The notes below the pieces were generated by a model, which saw only the letters and a program-made list of their open reading frames with translations, had not been told where the DNA came from and made no database searches. From NCBI GenBank assembly GCA_032718475.1, contig JAUCBJ010009031.1:80960-144959 (forward strand): DNA of 64,000 nucleotides. Direction: 5' to 3'. This document shows positions 1 to 11,688 of this stretch, in pieces (the first letter of the stretch is position 1; each line of letters starts with the position of its first letter). The position numbers were made by a program, and so were the translations under genes. This DNA comes from Nemertoderma westbladi. Lineage: Eukaryota; Animalia; Xenacoelomorpha.

Positions 1-1375
1 CACTCTATGGTTCTTTTCGGGGAATCTCATTGATCTCGATTGCTGCAAAGCTATACAATAGGATTCTATTAAATCGCATCAGGGATCCCATTGAGAGACT
101 GCTCCGTGGAAATCAGAATGGGTTCCGTAAAGGTCGTGGGACCATGGAGCCCATTTTGGCACTTAGAAGGATAATTGAAGAATTATCAAAAAAGAAAGAC
201 AGGCATCTGGCTGTTATCTTTGTTGACTTCTTCAAGGCCTTTGATTCAGTCTCTTGCTCACGTATGTTCAGCATACTTTCATTATATGGGATTCCTGATG
301 AAATTATTGCAGCAATCAGATCAGTATACGATGGTTCGACAACATTTGTGTCTACTGTTGACGGTGACACAGAACCATTTCAAGTGTTATGGGGCGTCCT
401 CCAAGGAGACACACTTGCCCCATTCTTATTCATTATTGTGGTTGACTATGTTCTACGCATGTCCTTAGATCATCATAATGATGATGGGGTGATGATAACT
501 CCACCTACTGGCTCCAGAAGTCGAGGAAATCCTGCCAAGTACCTAACTGATCTAGACTTTGCTGATGACTTAGGAGTACTCTCAGAATCATTAGAGGGAG
601 CCCAACGTCTCCTCAGCTCATTAGAACATGCTGCTTCTAGTGTTGGTCTTTTTATTAACTCCAGAAAGACCAAAATTCTGACAGTTAACTTTGAAAGTCC
701 TCAGCAAGTCTCTGATCGGATGAGCATAAGCTCAAAGGATGGTATGCTTGAGCACGTGGACGACTTCTGTTACCTGGGATCATGGATCCGGAAGTCAGGT
801 GAGGACCTTCGAATACGTAAGGGAAAGGCATGGGCAGCCTTGAATAGGCTTTCCAGGATTTGGAAGTCACCGAGAATTAATCGGAAACTTAAGGTCCGAT
901 TATTTAGAGCAGCAGTAGTTCCAGTACTCCTCTACGGGAGTCTATGCTGGGCTCTAACTGCTGAGGACACCAAATCTCTGGATGGCACATTCACAAGAAT
1001 GCTACGCCGGGTTCATTGTGTCAAGTACACTGCACACATCTCCAACCAGACACTATATAACATTGGAGGTGTCTCATTGGTTCCCCCAAGCTTGACACTA
1101 GAACAAAATCGCCTCCGCTTTGCAGGACATTGCTTTCGCCGTGAGGACCAGCCAGTGCATAATCTTGTACTTTGGCAGCCTCATGGAGTGAATAAGCATG
1201 GTGGACAGCCCATGACTTTCTTGAGACGCATCTTAAAGGACACTGGCCTTAAAGATGCGGATGATCTAGCAAATGTCATGGGCGATAGGGAGTTGTGGCG
1301 GTGCAATTTTGTTGACAAGCCGGCACAGCATTCTTAAAAATGCAGCTGCAATGCAGCATGCCGATCCTAGTAGTA
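1..1375 (+). mobile_element. RTE-like non-LTR retrotransposon (LINE), 3' part; runs off the left edge
   Basis: RT ORF, then a short 3' UTR (ATGCAGCTGCAATGCAGCATGCCG) and a (TAG)n tail at about 1368-1375 that abuts the 52-bp satellite. Same family as 23920-26929 and 32672-33610. Confidence 0.9.
3..1337 (+). CDS. LINE reverse transcriptase, C-terminal part (open from the window edge)
   Basis: Motifs FRGISL, QNGFRKGR, IFVDFFKAFDSV, GVLQGDTLAPFLF, LDFADD, FCYLGS and RLRFAGH; the C-terminus is RTE-clade-like. Confidence 0.9.
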   Translation, partial: LYGSFRGISLISIAAKLYNRILLNRIRDPIERLLRGNQNGFRKGRGTMEPILALRRIIEELSKKKDRHLAVIFVDFFKAFDSVSCSRMFSILSLYGIPDEIIAAIRSVYDGSTTFVSTVDGDTEPFQVLWGVLQGDTLAPFLFIIVVDYVLRMSLDHHNDDGVMITPPTGSRSRGNPAKYLTDLDFADDLGVLSESLEGAQRLLSSLEHAASSVGLFINSRKTKILTVNFESPQQVSDRMSISSKDGMLEHVDDFCYLGSWIRKSGEDLRIRKGKAWAALNRLSRIWKSPRINRKLKVRLFRAAVVPVLLYGSLCWALTAEDTKSLDGTFTRMLRRVHCVKYTAHISNQTLYNIGGVSLVPPSLTLEQNRLRFAGHCFRREDQPVHNLVLWQPHGVNKHGGQPMTFLRRILKDTGLKDADDLANVMGDRELWRCNFVDKPAQHS

Positions 1376-4300
1376 CCACATTGCTTATATGTTGCTGTGT
1401 ATACAATATAGAGCTGCAACCATAGCACTACATTGCTTATATGTAGCTGTGTATACAATATAGAGCTGCAACCATAGCACCACATTGCTTATATGTAGCT
1501 GTGCATACAATATAGAGCTGCAACCATAGCACCACATTGCTTATATGTAGCTGTGTATACAATATAGAGCTGCAACCATAGCACCACATTGCTTATATGT
1601 AGCTGTGTATACAATATAGAGCTGCAACCATTGCACCACATTGCTTATATGTAGCGGTGTATACAATATAGAGCTGCAACCATAGCACCACATTGCTTAT
1701 ATGTATCTGTGTATACAATATAGAGCTGCAACCATAGCACCACATTGCTTATATGTAGCTGTGCATACAATATAGAGATGCAACCATAGCACCACATTGC
1801 TTATATGTAGCTGTGCATACAATATAGAGCTGCAACCATAGCACCACATTGCTTATATGTAGCTGTGTATACAATATAGAGCTGCAACCATAGCACCACA
1901 TTGCTTATATGTAGCTGTGTATACAATATAGAGCTGCAACCATAGCACCACATTGCTTATATGTAGCTGTGCATACAATATAGAGCTGCAACCATAGCAC
2001 CACATTGCTTATATGTAGCTGTGTATACAATATAGAGCTGCAACCATAGCACCACATTGCTTATATGTAGCTGTGTATACAATATAGAGCTGCAACCATA
2101 GCACCACATTGCTTATATGTATCTGTGTATACAATATAGGGCTGCAACCATAGCACCACATTGCTTATATGTAGCTGTGTATACAATATAGAGCTGCAAC
2201 CATAGCACCACATTGCTTATATGTAGCTGTGCATACAATATAGAGCTGCAACCATAGCACCACATTGCTTATATGTAGCTGTGTATACAATATAGAGCTG
2301 CAACCATAGCACCACATTGCTTATATGTAGCTGTGTATACAATATAGAGCTGCAACCGTAGCACCAGATTGCTTATATGTAGCTGTGCATACAATATAGA
2401 GATGCAACCATAGCACCAGATTGCTTATATGTAGCTGTGCATACAATATAGAGCTGCAACCATAGCACCAGATTGCTTATATGTAGCTGTGCATACAATA
2501 TAGAGCTGCAACCATAGCACCACATTGCTTATATGTAGCTGTGCATACAATATAGAGATGCAACCATAGCACCAGATTGCTTATATGTTGCTGTGTATAC
2601 AATATAGAGATGCAACCATAGCACCACATTGCTTATATGTTGCTGTGTATACAATATAGAGCTGCAACCATAGCACCACATTGTTTATATGTAGCTGTGT
2701 ATACAATATAGAGCTGCAACCATAGCACCACATTGCTTATATGTAGCTGTGTATACAATATACAGCTGCAACCATAGCACCACATTGCTTATATGTATCT
2801 GTGTATACAATATAGAGCTGCAACCATAGCACCACATTGCTTATATGTAGCTGTGTATACAAAATATTCAGCTGCAACCATAGCACCACATTGCTTATAT
2901 GTAGCTGTGTATACAATATAGAGCTGCAACCATAGCACCACATTGCTTATATGTAGCTGTGTATACAATATAGAGATGCAACCATAGCACCACATTGCTT
3001 ATATGTAGCTGTGTATACAATATAGAGCTGCAACCATAGCACCACATTGCTTATATGTAGCTGTGCATACAATATAGAGCTGCAACCATAGCACCACATT
3101 GCTTATATGTAGCTGTGCATACAATATAGAGCTGCAACCATAGCACCACATTGCTTATATGTAGCTGTGTATACAATATAGAGCTGCAACCATAGCACCA
3201 CATTGCTTATATGTAGCTGTGTATACAATATAGAGATGCAACCATAGCACCACATTGCTTATATGTAGCTGTGTATACAATATAGAGATGCAACCATAGC
3301 ACTACATTGCTTATATGTAGCTGTGTATACAATATAGAGATGCAACCATAGCACCACATTGCTTATATGTAGCTGTGTATACAATATACAGCTGCAACCA
3401 TAGCACCACATTGCTTATATGTTGCTGTGTATACAATATAGAGCTGCAACCATAGCACCACATTGCTTATATGTAGCTGTGTATACAATATACAGCTGCA
3501 ACCATAGCACCACATTGCTTATATGTAGCTGTGTATACAATATAGAGCTGCAACCATAGCACCACATTGCTTATATGTAGCTGTGTATACAATATAGAGA
3601 TGCAACCATAGCACCACATTGCTTATATGTAGCTGTGTATACAATATGGAGCTGCAACCATAGCACCACATTGCTTATATGTAGCTGTGCATACAATATA
3701 GAGCTGCAACCATAGCACCACATTGCTTATATGTAGCTGTGCATACAATATAGAGCTGCAACCATAGCACCACATTGCTTATATGTAGCTGTGTATACAA
3801 TATAGAGCTGCAACCATAGCACCACATTGCTTATATGTATCTGTGTATACAATATAGAGCTGCAACCATAGCACCACATTGCTTATATGTAGCTGTGTAT
3901 ACAATATAGAGATGCAACCATAGCACGACATTGCTTATATGTAGCTGTGTATACAATATAGAGCTGCAACCATAGCACCACATTGCTTATATGTAGCTGT
4001 GTATACAATATACAGCTGCAACCATAGCACCACATTGCTTATATGTATCTGTGTATACAATATAGAGCTGCAACCATAGCACCACATTGCTTATATGTAG
4101 CTGTGTATACAATATACAGCTGCAACCATAGCACCACATTGCTTATATGTTGCTGTGTATACAATATAGAGCTGCAACCATAGCACCACATTGCTTATAT
4201 GTAGCTGTGTATACAATATACAGCTGCAACCATAGCACCACATTGCTTATATGTAGCTGTGTATACAATATAGAGCTGCAACCATAGCACCACATTGCTT

Positions 4301-4906
4301 ATATGTAGCTGTGTATACAATATAGAGATGCAACCATAGCACCACATTGCTTATATGTAGCTGTGTATACAATATAGAGCTGCAACCATAGCACCACATT
4401 GCTTATATGTAGCTGTGCATACAATATAGAGCTGCAACCATAGCACCACATTGCTTATATGTAGCTGTGCATACAATATAGAGCTGCAACCATAGCACCA
4501 CATTGCTTATATGTAGCTGTGCATACAATATAGAGCTGCAACCATAGCACCACATTGCTTATATGTAGCTGTGTATACAATATAGAGCTGCAACCATAGC
4601 ACCACATTGCTTATATGTATCTGTGTATACAATATAGAGCTGCAACCATAGCACCACATTGCTTATATGTAGCTGTGTATACAATATAGAGATGCAACCA
4701 TAGCACCACATTGCTTATATGTAGCTGTGCATACAATATAGAGCTGCAACCATAGCACCACATTGCTTATATGTATCTGTGCATACAATATAGAGCTGCA
4801 ACCATAGCACCGCATTGCTTATATGTATCTGTGTATACAATATAGAGCTGCAACCATAGCACCACATTGCTTATATGTATCTGTGTATACAATATAGAGC
4901 TGCAAC
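1376..4906. repeat. 52-bp tandem satellite A, left arm (about 68 copies)
   Basis: Monomer CAACCATAGCACCACATTGCTTATATGTAGCTGTGTATACAATATAGAGCTG, with few variants. Confidence 0.98.
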
Positions 4907-6001
4907 TGTTCGCGGTATTTCAACTTTTTATAACGCGAGTTGAATATTTTTTGTATTAATTTAAAATGATTATTCCGATATTACTACTGGGTGCGGGACC
5001 ATGGGTTTTGGGCACATTCTATAAACTGGGGGCGATTTATGGGCGAACTTTGGGGCGACTTACAGGGTACGGGTCTAATTTCATGTTTATAAGGGCCAAG
5101 GGGGGATGGAAAATTCAAGCAGTATTCAGGTTAGCCTGATTATTATTAGGCCCTGGCCAACTTCCTGCTGCCTGTAGAGGTGGATTTGGTAACGCGCCAG
5201 GCCTAAAGGACAAGCACTGCCCTTAGCGGTCCCTGGCCAACAGCAGTTATTACGAGCCTGAAAAGGACATCGGAACGCCAGCTGCTTGTGTCAGGGACTT
5301 GCGACGGGAAACGACACGACAGACCCCTAGCCAAGCCGTACTGGTTCTTGATGATCGTTCCCTTCGGGGTTCGTGAGGGGTGGGATGGACACGCGAAAGG
5401 GTCTACCGACTAACAGAGGAAGGGTTTGACGAGGACTGCCCTTAGCGGTCTCTGGTCAACAGCAGTTATTACGAGCCTGAAAAGGACATCGGAACGCCGG
5501 CTGCTTGTACCAGGGATTTGCGACGGGAACCGACGACAGACCCCTTAGCCAAGCCGTACTGGTTCTCGATGATCGTTCCCTTCGGGGTTCGTGAGGGGTG
5601 GGACGGACACGCGATGGGGTCGAAAGACAAAGGACTGGACTCTACCGGCCTACTGACTGTTCGGAGCAGTTTCTCGGCTGCCGAAGCGACTACGAGCCTG
5701 AAATGGACTCGGAAAGCCTAGGTGGTTGGGTTTCTGCGATGAACCGACGGACCCTTAGCCAAGCCGTACTGGTTCTCGATGATCGTTCCCTTCGGGGTTT
5801 GTGAGGGGTGGGACGGACACGCGAACGGGTCCAATGACACGACAGACTCCTAGCCAAGCCGTACTGGTTCTCGATGACCGATCCCTTCGGGGTTCGAGAG
5901 GGGTGGTACGGATACGCGACAGAGTCTACCGACTGGGCCGACCCTTAGCCAAGCCGTGCTGGTTCTCGTTGATCGATCCCTTCGGGGTTCGGGAGGGGTG
6001 G
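4907..6001 (+). repeat. BEL-1 5' LTR (3'-truncated, with an extra internal unit of about 220 bp)
   Basis: Matches 15072 onward (TGTTCGCGGTATTTC...) until about 6001, where it joins Gag sequence directly. Confidence 0.92.
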
Positions 6002-9000
6002 TCACTAGGGGACCCACAGAACCTCCAGGAATTCTCAGATTCCATGAAGGATGCCTACTACACTCTGAAACCCTTAAATAAGGAGGACCAGGTGAACAAC
6101 ATTCTAAACCTCCGACAGATCGCCCGGAAGTTCCCCGGATGGCTGCAAAGTAAGTGGGCCTATAAATGCGTAGATCTCCGGCGCAGACATCCAGATCGAG
6201 ATCCCAGCTTCCTCGAAATGTCGGCATTCCTGGACGATATCTCCGAAGCCATGAATGATTCGATGTTCTCGAAACAGAGTCTCGCCAAGTTGGACGCAAT
6301 GGAGAGCAATTACCAGAGCAGGGCACCCACTCCAAACCCAAGATTCCGCCCTACTCCTGTGAGTGCGATGGCCATCAGTATGGCTGAGGACTCGGATGAC
6401 GAGGATTATGAGGAACCGACCTTAGCAGAAGAATGGGCATGCTACCTAGCGAATTGGGCACCCGAAAGGGAAGGCACCACAGCCTCCCCTATATGTCTCT
6501 TCTGCGGAGAGAAACATAAGTTGGAATTCTGTGGAAAGTTCCAGTTTGCTGAACTCGTCCCACGCTTGGAGGCGATTATGAAACACCGAGGATGCTTCCG
6601 GTGTCTTGGAACAGGTCACTACGTTCGGGATTGCGACCAAAGGTCGTGTTGTGCGGTTTGTAACGACCTACGTCATCACACGCTCCTCCACATCCCCGCG
6701 AACTTCGACTTCACTACCCTCCCCTTTCGGATCGAAGCCAAGCGAAGAGGAGAAACGAACCACGTTTCTAAAGGAACCCGGACAACCCAATGGAGAGAAA
6801 CCAACCCGTTTAAAATCTCCACCGATACACCACAAGTAACAAATATTTCAGCCACGATTAATCTTATAAATCGCCGCTACATGGTCTTCGCAAAGGTAAT
6901 CCCAGTAAGGATTCAAGGAGTCGGCAAATCCCTGACGACGCTCGCGTTCCTTGATAACGGGTCTGACGGAACCATCATCGACCGGGATTTCCTCGAGCAA
7001 CTCGGCCTAGAATATGAACCTTGTAAACGGCCCATACAAACCATCACCGATAACAGAGAGGTAGAGTCCGGGGAGGTGCAACTCCAGATGGAAGGAGTGA
7101 TGAAGGGCTACGAAACGGTTAAGTTAACCATCAAGAAGGCCTTGGTACACACAGACCTCCGAGTGCGGTTCCGACAATCGGCCGAGTACGCCCCCCTCAT
7201 ACAATTGGACCGAGACGATGTAGATCTGAGGTGTCCGCAGTTGGATGTAAACCGCATCACCCTACTGATCGGACTTGATATACCGGAACTACACATCCCC
7301 ACCGGAGATATCGCCCGATCTATAAAACAGGATGACGGATTTTATGCTGAACGAACAATAATGGGATGGACACTCTGCGGCATTAAGGAAGAAACTACTG
7401 ACACCTATACCTACCTTCCCAAATGTCAGATTAAAGAGAATGCAACCTCCGTGGGTTATTGCTCAGCTACGGACCTTGACGAGGATTTGTTTCTGGAGAC
7501 CAAGAAAACCCAACAAGAGATGACGAAATATTTTAATCTACAGACCCAGGAGTTCGCTGAAAAGTACGAAAACCCGTCCGAAGAGGATCAATATTGTATG
7601 GACGTTCTCGACCAGGCCACGTTCAAAGACGGACACTGGTGTGCACCTATGTTATGGAAGGACCCAAACAAACCAATGGCAAACAACGCCAGCATGGCAC
7701 TTAGGCGACTTAAGGGGATTCTACGCTGGCTGAATGACCAACCCGAGATAAAGGAGAAATATAATACCGTAATCCAAGGATATCTCGACGATGGATTAGC
7801 AGAAATGGTACCACGGAATGAACTGCAAGGTGGTAAAAGAACATATTATCTCCCAACCCACTATGTGGTAGAAGCCCGGAAGGGTGGGAAAATCCGAGTG
7901 GTAAATGATGCCGCCGCTATGTACCAGGGCGAATCCCTAAACAGTCAGCTTTACACGGGACCCAACATATATAGTACACTCATCGGCGTATTGATCAGGT
8001 TCAGGGAAAACCGGGTAGCATTCACCTGCGACATCAAGGCCATGTTTCATCAAGTTCGTACGCTACCAAGAGACTCAGACTGTCTACGTATCCTATGGAC
8101 GGATAAAACACTAACTCAACAGGAGATTAGTCAACTCACGATAAAGGACGTAGACATAATGCGTATGGTCGTCAGGATCTTCGGCGCTAAGGACTCGCCG
8201 GTAGCATGCAGTGACATGCTGAAGAGGACGGCAACTATGTGCGAAAACGAGTTCCCACCAACCGTCATAGAAACCATCCGACGATGCTTTTACGTGGACG
8301 ATGGATGCGCCGGCGCAGATAATGTGGACGAGGCATATCGGCTAGCAATGGGGATGGTAGAATGTCTAAAGAAAGGAGGTTTTCCGCTCGTGAAGTTCAG
8401 ATCCCACGACAAAACACTTATGGAAAAGTTTCCGGAGGACATCCGACTGGAAAATAACAAAATGTATTCGGAGGATGTGGAACACCGTGTACTCGGGATT
8501 GAATGGGACATAGAATCAGACGAATTCATTTTCAAATATAAACCCCTACCCAAGCCTATGACAAAAAGGGGATGTTTGTCGATAAAAAGCGCCATCTTCG
8601 ACCCACTAAATTTCATATCTCCAGTAACCTTGGCCGGAATGAACCTGATTAAGGAAATGTGGACAGAAGGACTGGGATGGGACAAAGAACTCCCCCCACA
8701 CCTCAGCGTCAAATGGAGAAAATGGACGGAGCAGCTCGAACACCTACATCTTATGCGGATACCTCGACCGTTCTTCCTCGATAAACTACCCACCGATATC
8801 TTCCAGCTCCATACCTTCTCGGATGCTTCGAATACCGGAATTGGCGTAGTCACCTTCTTACGAAGACTCAGCAACGATGGAAACGGCGATACGAGCTTCT
8901 TATTTTCTAAAGCCAAGACAGTATCCGGGGAATTCGTAGCAACGATTCCAAGACTCGAGCTACAGGCTGCAGTTTGGGCAGTAAGACAGAATCGCATGGT

Positions 9001-10996
9001 CATGCGGAACCTACGAATCCCCATCGAGTCTCAACACTTCTGGGTCGATTCGAGTATAGTTCTCTATTATCTCCACTCTCCATCACGGCGTCACACTACG
9101 TTTGTTGCGAACCGAGCCACAGAGATTAAACAGTGTACCGGCCGAGAACAGTGGCACCATGTGAACGGGAAAGAAAATCCAGCGGACTTATCAAGCCGAG
9201 GCGCCACCCCAAAACAACTCGGTAAAAGTAAACTCTGGCTTACAGGCCCGGAATTCCTACAGCAGCCACAATTAATATGGAGTACCCGATTCGACCCCGA
9301 ACTCGATAGCAGAAAATACTCCGAGGACGATAAAGAGATCCGTAAAGTCCATAGAAGCAACGCAGTGGAGATTTATAGCTGTCTGACTGAGCCTGCAAAG
9401 GACTCGGGCAGGCACTATAACGTTGCGACGATCATGCAACCAGCGGCGTCTTTACATCTGTTGATCGAGCGAACCTCATCAATGAGATGGCTCATCCACC
9501 ACATTATAACCCTTCGCAACTTCCTACGGTGGAAAAACAACAAGCCGATAGTTCAACGGAGTATACAAGAACTCATTATCGCGGAGAAGTGTATCGTTGG
9601 ATATGTCCAGAGAGAAAGTTTCCCCGATGAGTGGGAACAACACAGTGCGGGCAAGACCTTGAAACCGGATAGCCCAGTCTACCAACTGAGACCAATGATG
9701 GGAGAGGACGGACTGATCCGACTGAATACCCAGATGGCAAACGCCCCGGTCGAATATGAGGTTAAATACCCGGCGCTTCTGCCCGGAACTTCAACACTAG
9801 CCAAGCTATTAATTCAACAATGTCACGAGGAGAACCATCACGCAGGACAAAACTGGATTATAGCTAATATAAGACAAAGATATTGGATCACACACATCCA
9901 GCCACTGATCCGGAAAGTGTTGAAACGTTGCTTTGTCTGCAGAAGATATCTAGCGCCACCACTCACACAAAAGATGGCCGACTTACCAGCCACCCGTCTA
10001 CAGCCCGATTCCCCACCATTCTACGTCACCGGAGTGGACTGTTTCGGTCCGTTTACGGTCATCGAACGACGATCCAACATCAAATGCTGGGGGGCCATAT
10101 TTACATGCCTTAGGTCTAGGGCAATCTACCTAGACATTGTGGTGAACCTTACGCAACACGCATTCATCAACACTCTGCATCGGTTCGTGGCAAGCAATGG
10201 GACATGTCGTCACATGTATTCCGATAATGGCAAAAACTTTGTGGGAGGAGAAAGAGATCTTAGAGAGGCGATCGAGGGATGGTTTACCGATAACACCGCA
10301 TCCCAAGTCTGGAAGGAACACCAGATACAGTGGCACTTCCAGACCCCCTTAGCACCCCATACGAGCGGGGTATGGGAGAAACTGATCGACCTAGTGAAAC
10401 GATCCATGTGCGTCGCTCTAGGAGACACCCGGGTAACCCATGACACCCTCCGCACAACATTCTGCGAGATCACGGCTACCCTGAACAACCGACCCATTGT
10501 CCCTATCCGCGACAACCCCACAGACCTGGAGCCCCTTACTCCTAATCACCTACTGGGGAGACCTAAAACTCATGTTCTCCCGGAGACAATGTTTCCGGAT
10601 CCCAACGATATTGCAAGACATACAAACTGGAAGAAGGCCCAAGCGTTGGCAGCGCATTGGTGGAGAATCTGGGCCCAGGAGTACCTCATAACCCTCCGGA
10701 CCAGGAGGAAGTGGAACAACACCTACAGGAATGTCGAAGTTGGCGACATGGTACTAGTAAAAGAAGACCTTAAAGACCGCGTCCACTGGCCTGTGGCGCG
10801 AGTTGTGACAATACATCCGAGTAAAGACGGACTTGCGAGGACTGTGACGATACGAACGGCAAAGGGCCACTACCAACGCCCTATCCAGAGGCTGTGCCTT
10901 CTCGAAGGCAATGATAGCGGTGACTCTACGAGAGGTGATAAGTTCCCTACTCAAGATCCTGCTTCAGACATTGGTGACAATTACAAATGCGTTTAA
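5801..10996 (+). CDS. BEL/Pao Gag-Pol polyprotein, N-terminally deleted; the first ~67 codons are LTR-derived
   Basis: Zinc knuckles CLFCGEKHKLEFC, CFRCLGTGHYVRDC and CAVCNDLRHHTLLH; protease FLDNGS; RT DIKAMFHQV, FGAKDSP, YVDD; RNase H FSDAS, PRLELQAA, WVDS; integrase HHAG..CFVC, GVDCFGP, SDNGKNF, GVWE. Confidence 0.95.
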   Translation: MRGGTDTRTGPMTRQTPSQAVLVLDDRSLRGSRGVVRIRDRVYRLGRPLAKPCWFSLIDPFGVREGWSLGDPQNLQEFSDSMKDAYYTLKPLNKEDQVNNILNLRQIARKFPGWLQSKWAYKCVDLRRRHPDRDPSFLEMSAFLDDISEAMNDSMFSKQSLAKLDAMESNYQSRAPTPNPRFRPTPVSAMAISMAEDSDDEDYEEPTLAEEWACYLANWAPEREGTTASPICLFCGEKHKLEFCGKFQFAELVPRLEAIMKHRGCFRCLGTGHYVRDCDQRSCCAVCNDLRHHTLLHIPANFDFTTLPFRIEAKRRGETNHVSKGTRTTQWRETNPFKISTDTPQVTNISATINLINRRYMVFAKVIPVRIQGVGKSLTTLAFLDNGSDGTIIDRDFLEQLGLEYEPCKRPIQTITDNREVESGEVQLQMEGVMKGYETVKLTIKKALVHTDLRVRFRQSAEYAPLIQLDRDDVDLRCPQLDVNRITLLIGLDIPELHIPTGDIARSIKQDDGFYAERTIMGWTLCGIKEETTDTYTYLPKCQIKENATSVGYCSATDLDEDLFLETKKTQQEMTKYFNLQTQEFAEKYENPSEEDQYCMDVLDQATFKDGHWCAPMLWKDPNKPMANNASMALRRLKGILRWLNDQPEIKEKYNTVIQGYLDDGLAEMVPRNELQGGKRTYYLPTHYVVEARKGGKIRVVNDAAAMYQGESLNSQLYTGPNIYSTLIGVLIRFRENRVAFTCDIKAMFHQVRTLPRDSDCLRILWTDKTLTQQEISQLTIKDVDIMRMVVRIFGAKDSPVACSDMLKRTATMCENEFPPTVIETIRRCFYVDDGCAGADNVDEAYRLAMGMVECLKKGGFPLVKFRSHDKTLMEKFPEDIRLENNKMYSEDVEHRVLGIEWDIESDEFIFKYKPLPKPMTKRGCLSIKSAIFDPLNFISPVTLAGMNLIKEMWTEGLGWDKELPPHLSVKWRKWTEQLEHLHLMRIPRPFFLDKLPTDIFQLHTFSDASNTGIGVVTFLRRLSNDGNGDTSFLFSKAKTVSGEFVATIPRLELQAAVWAVRQNRMVMRNLRIPIESQHFWVDSSIVLYYLHSPSRRHTTFVANRATEIKQCTGREQWHHVNGKENPADLSSRGATPKQLGKSKLWLTGPEFLQQPQLIWSTRFDPELDSRKYSEDDKEIRKVHRSNAVEIYSCLTEPAKDSGRHYNVATIMQPAASLHLLIERTSSMRWLIHHIITLRNFLRWKNNKPIVQRSIQELIIAEKCIVGYVQRESFPDEWEQHSAGKTLKPDSPVYQLRPMMGEDGLIRLNTQMANAPVEYEVKYPALLPGTSTLAKLLIQQCHEENHHAGQNWIIANIRQRYWITHIQPLIRKVLKRCFVCRRYLAPPLTQKMADLPATRLQPDSPPFYVTGVDCFGPFTVIERRSNIKCWGAIFTCLRSRAIYLDIVVNLTQHAFINTLHRFVASNGTCRHMYSDNGKNFVGGERDLREAIEGWFTDNTASQVWKEHQIQWHFQTPLAPHTSGVWEKLIDLVKRSMCVALGDTRVTHDTLRTTFCEITATLNNRPIVPIRDNPTDLEPLTPNHLLGRPKTHVLPETMFPDPNDIARHTNWKKAQALAAHWWRIWAQEYLITLRTRRKWNNTYRNVEVGDMVLVKEDLKDRVHWPVARVVTIHPSKDGLARTVTIRTAKGHYQRPIQRLCLLEGNDSGDSTRGDKFPTQDPASDIGDNYKCV

Positions 10997-11270
10997 ACCC
11001 TTCTCATCATGTTGACAAACTCTTTAAACTGTGATTTAACGACAATGAAAATGGACCCCCCTTAAACCAACTGTAACCACGCACTGGTATTTGTGTTTCC
11101 TCGTGTGTTATGTGGAGTCCAGCGTCACCCTGCAGATGTTTTGACTGACGCAGGGTCGTTTATGTATTGTTTACCCTGATTTTGGTCATCGGGACCGACG
11201 ATATTTGATTATTGGAAATGGTAAAGATTTGAAGTGGAATTCATTGTATTCATTGCAGTATGTTATGTTG

Positions 11271-11688
11271 TCCGTTGCGTGCGCAGTTCGGGGCGTAGGC
11301 GGTGTAACTAGTCCAGCTGTAGATCCCGGATTGCCGCGCAACACCCCCTCTATCCCGTTATTCTGGTGGGTCCATGGTGCATCCACATGACTTCGACGAT
11401 AGAGGGTTTTATGTTCTCAGTCGCGTTATTCTGGTGGGACCGTTGCGTGGATTTTGGGGCGTAGGCGGTGTAACTAGTCCAGCTGTAGATCCCAGAATGT
11501 TGCGTAACCCCATCCCACATGACTTCGTCGACTGAGCTTTATGTTGTTGGAAGTGTTATTCTGGTGGGTCCCTGGTGCATCCACGTGACTTCACTCCCAG
11601 CGTCTTCATTGTCCGTTACGTGTGCAGTTTGGGGAGTAGGCGGTGTAACTAGCCCAGCTGTAGATCCCAGATTGCCGCGTAACACCCC
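11271..11688 (+). other. Three copies of a ~75-nt putative structured RNA element, interleaved with hairpin modules, between pol and the accessory ORF
   Basis: Copies at 11271-11348, 11440-11511 and 11612-11688. GTTGCG/CGCAAC becomes GTTACG/CGTAAC in copy 3 (compensatory). A GGGG/CCCC pairing crosses that stem. Confidence 0.55.

Noticed and set aside
5205-5260. Twister-ribozyme-like string CACTGCCCTTAGCGGTCCCTGGCC in the BEL-1 LTR
   Set aside because: Lacks the UAA cleavage-site context, the AAGC loop and the downstream GAGGG pseudoknot partner.
5801-5803. GTG start of the 1731-aa ORF
   Set aside because: An alternative-start call from the ORF finder inside LTR sequence; the real Gag start has been deleted.
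8290-9360. Antisense ORFs over pol (244 aa and 89 aa)
   Set aside because: Shadow frames of the coding strand with no recognisable motifs.
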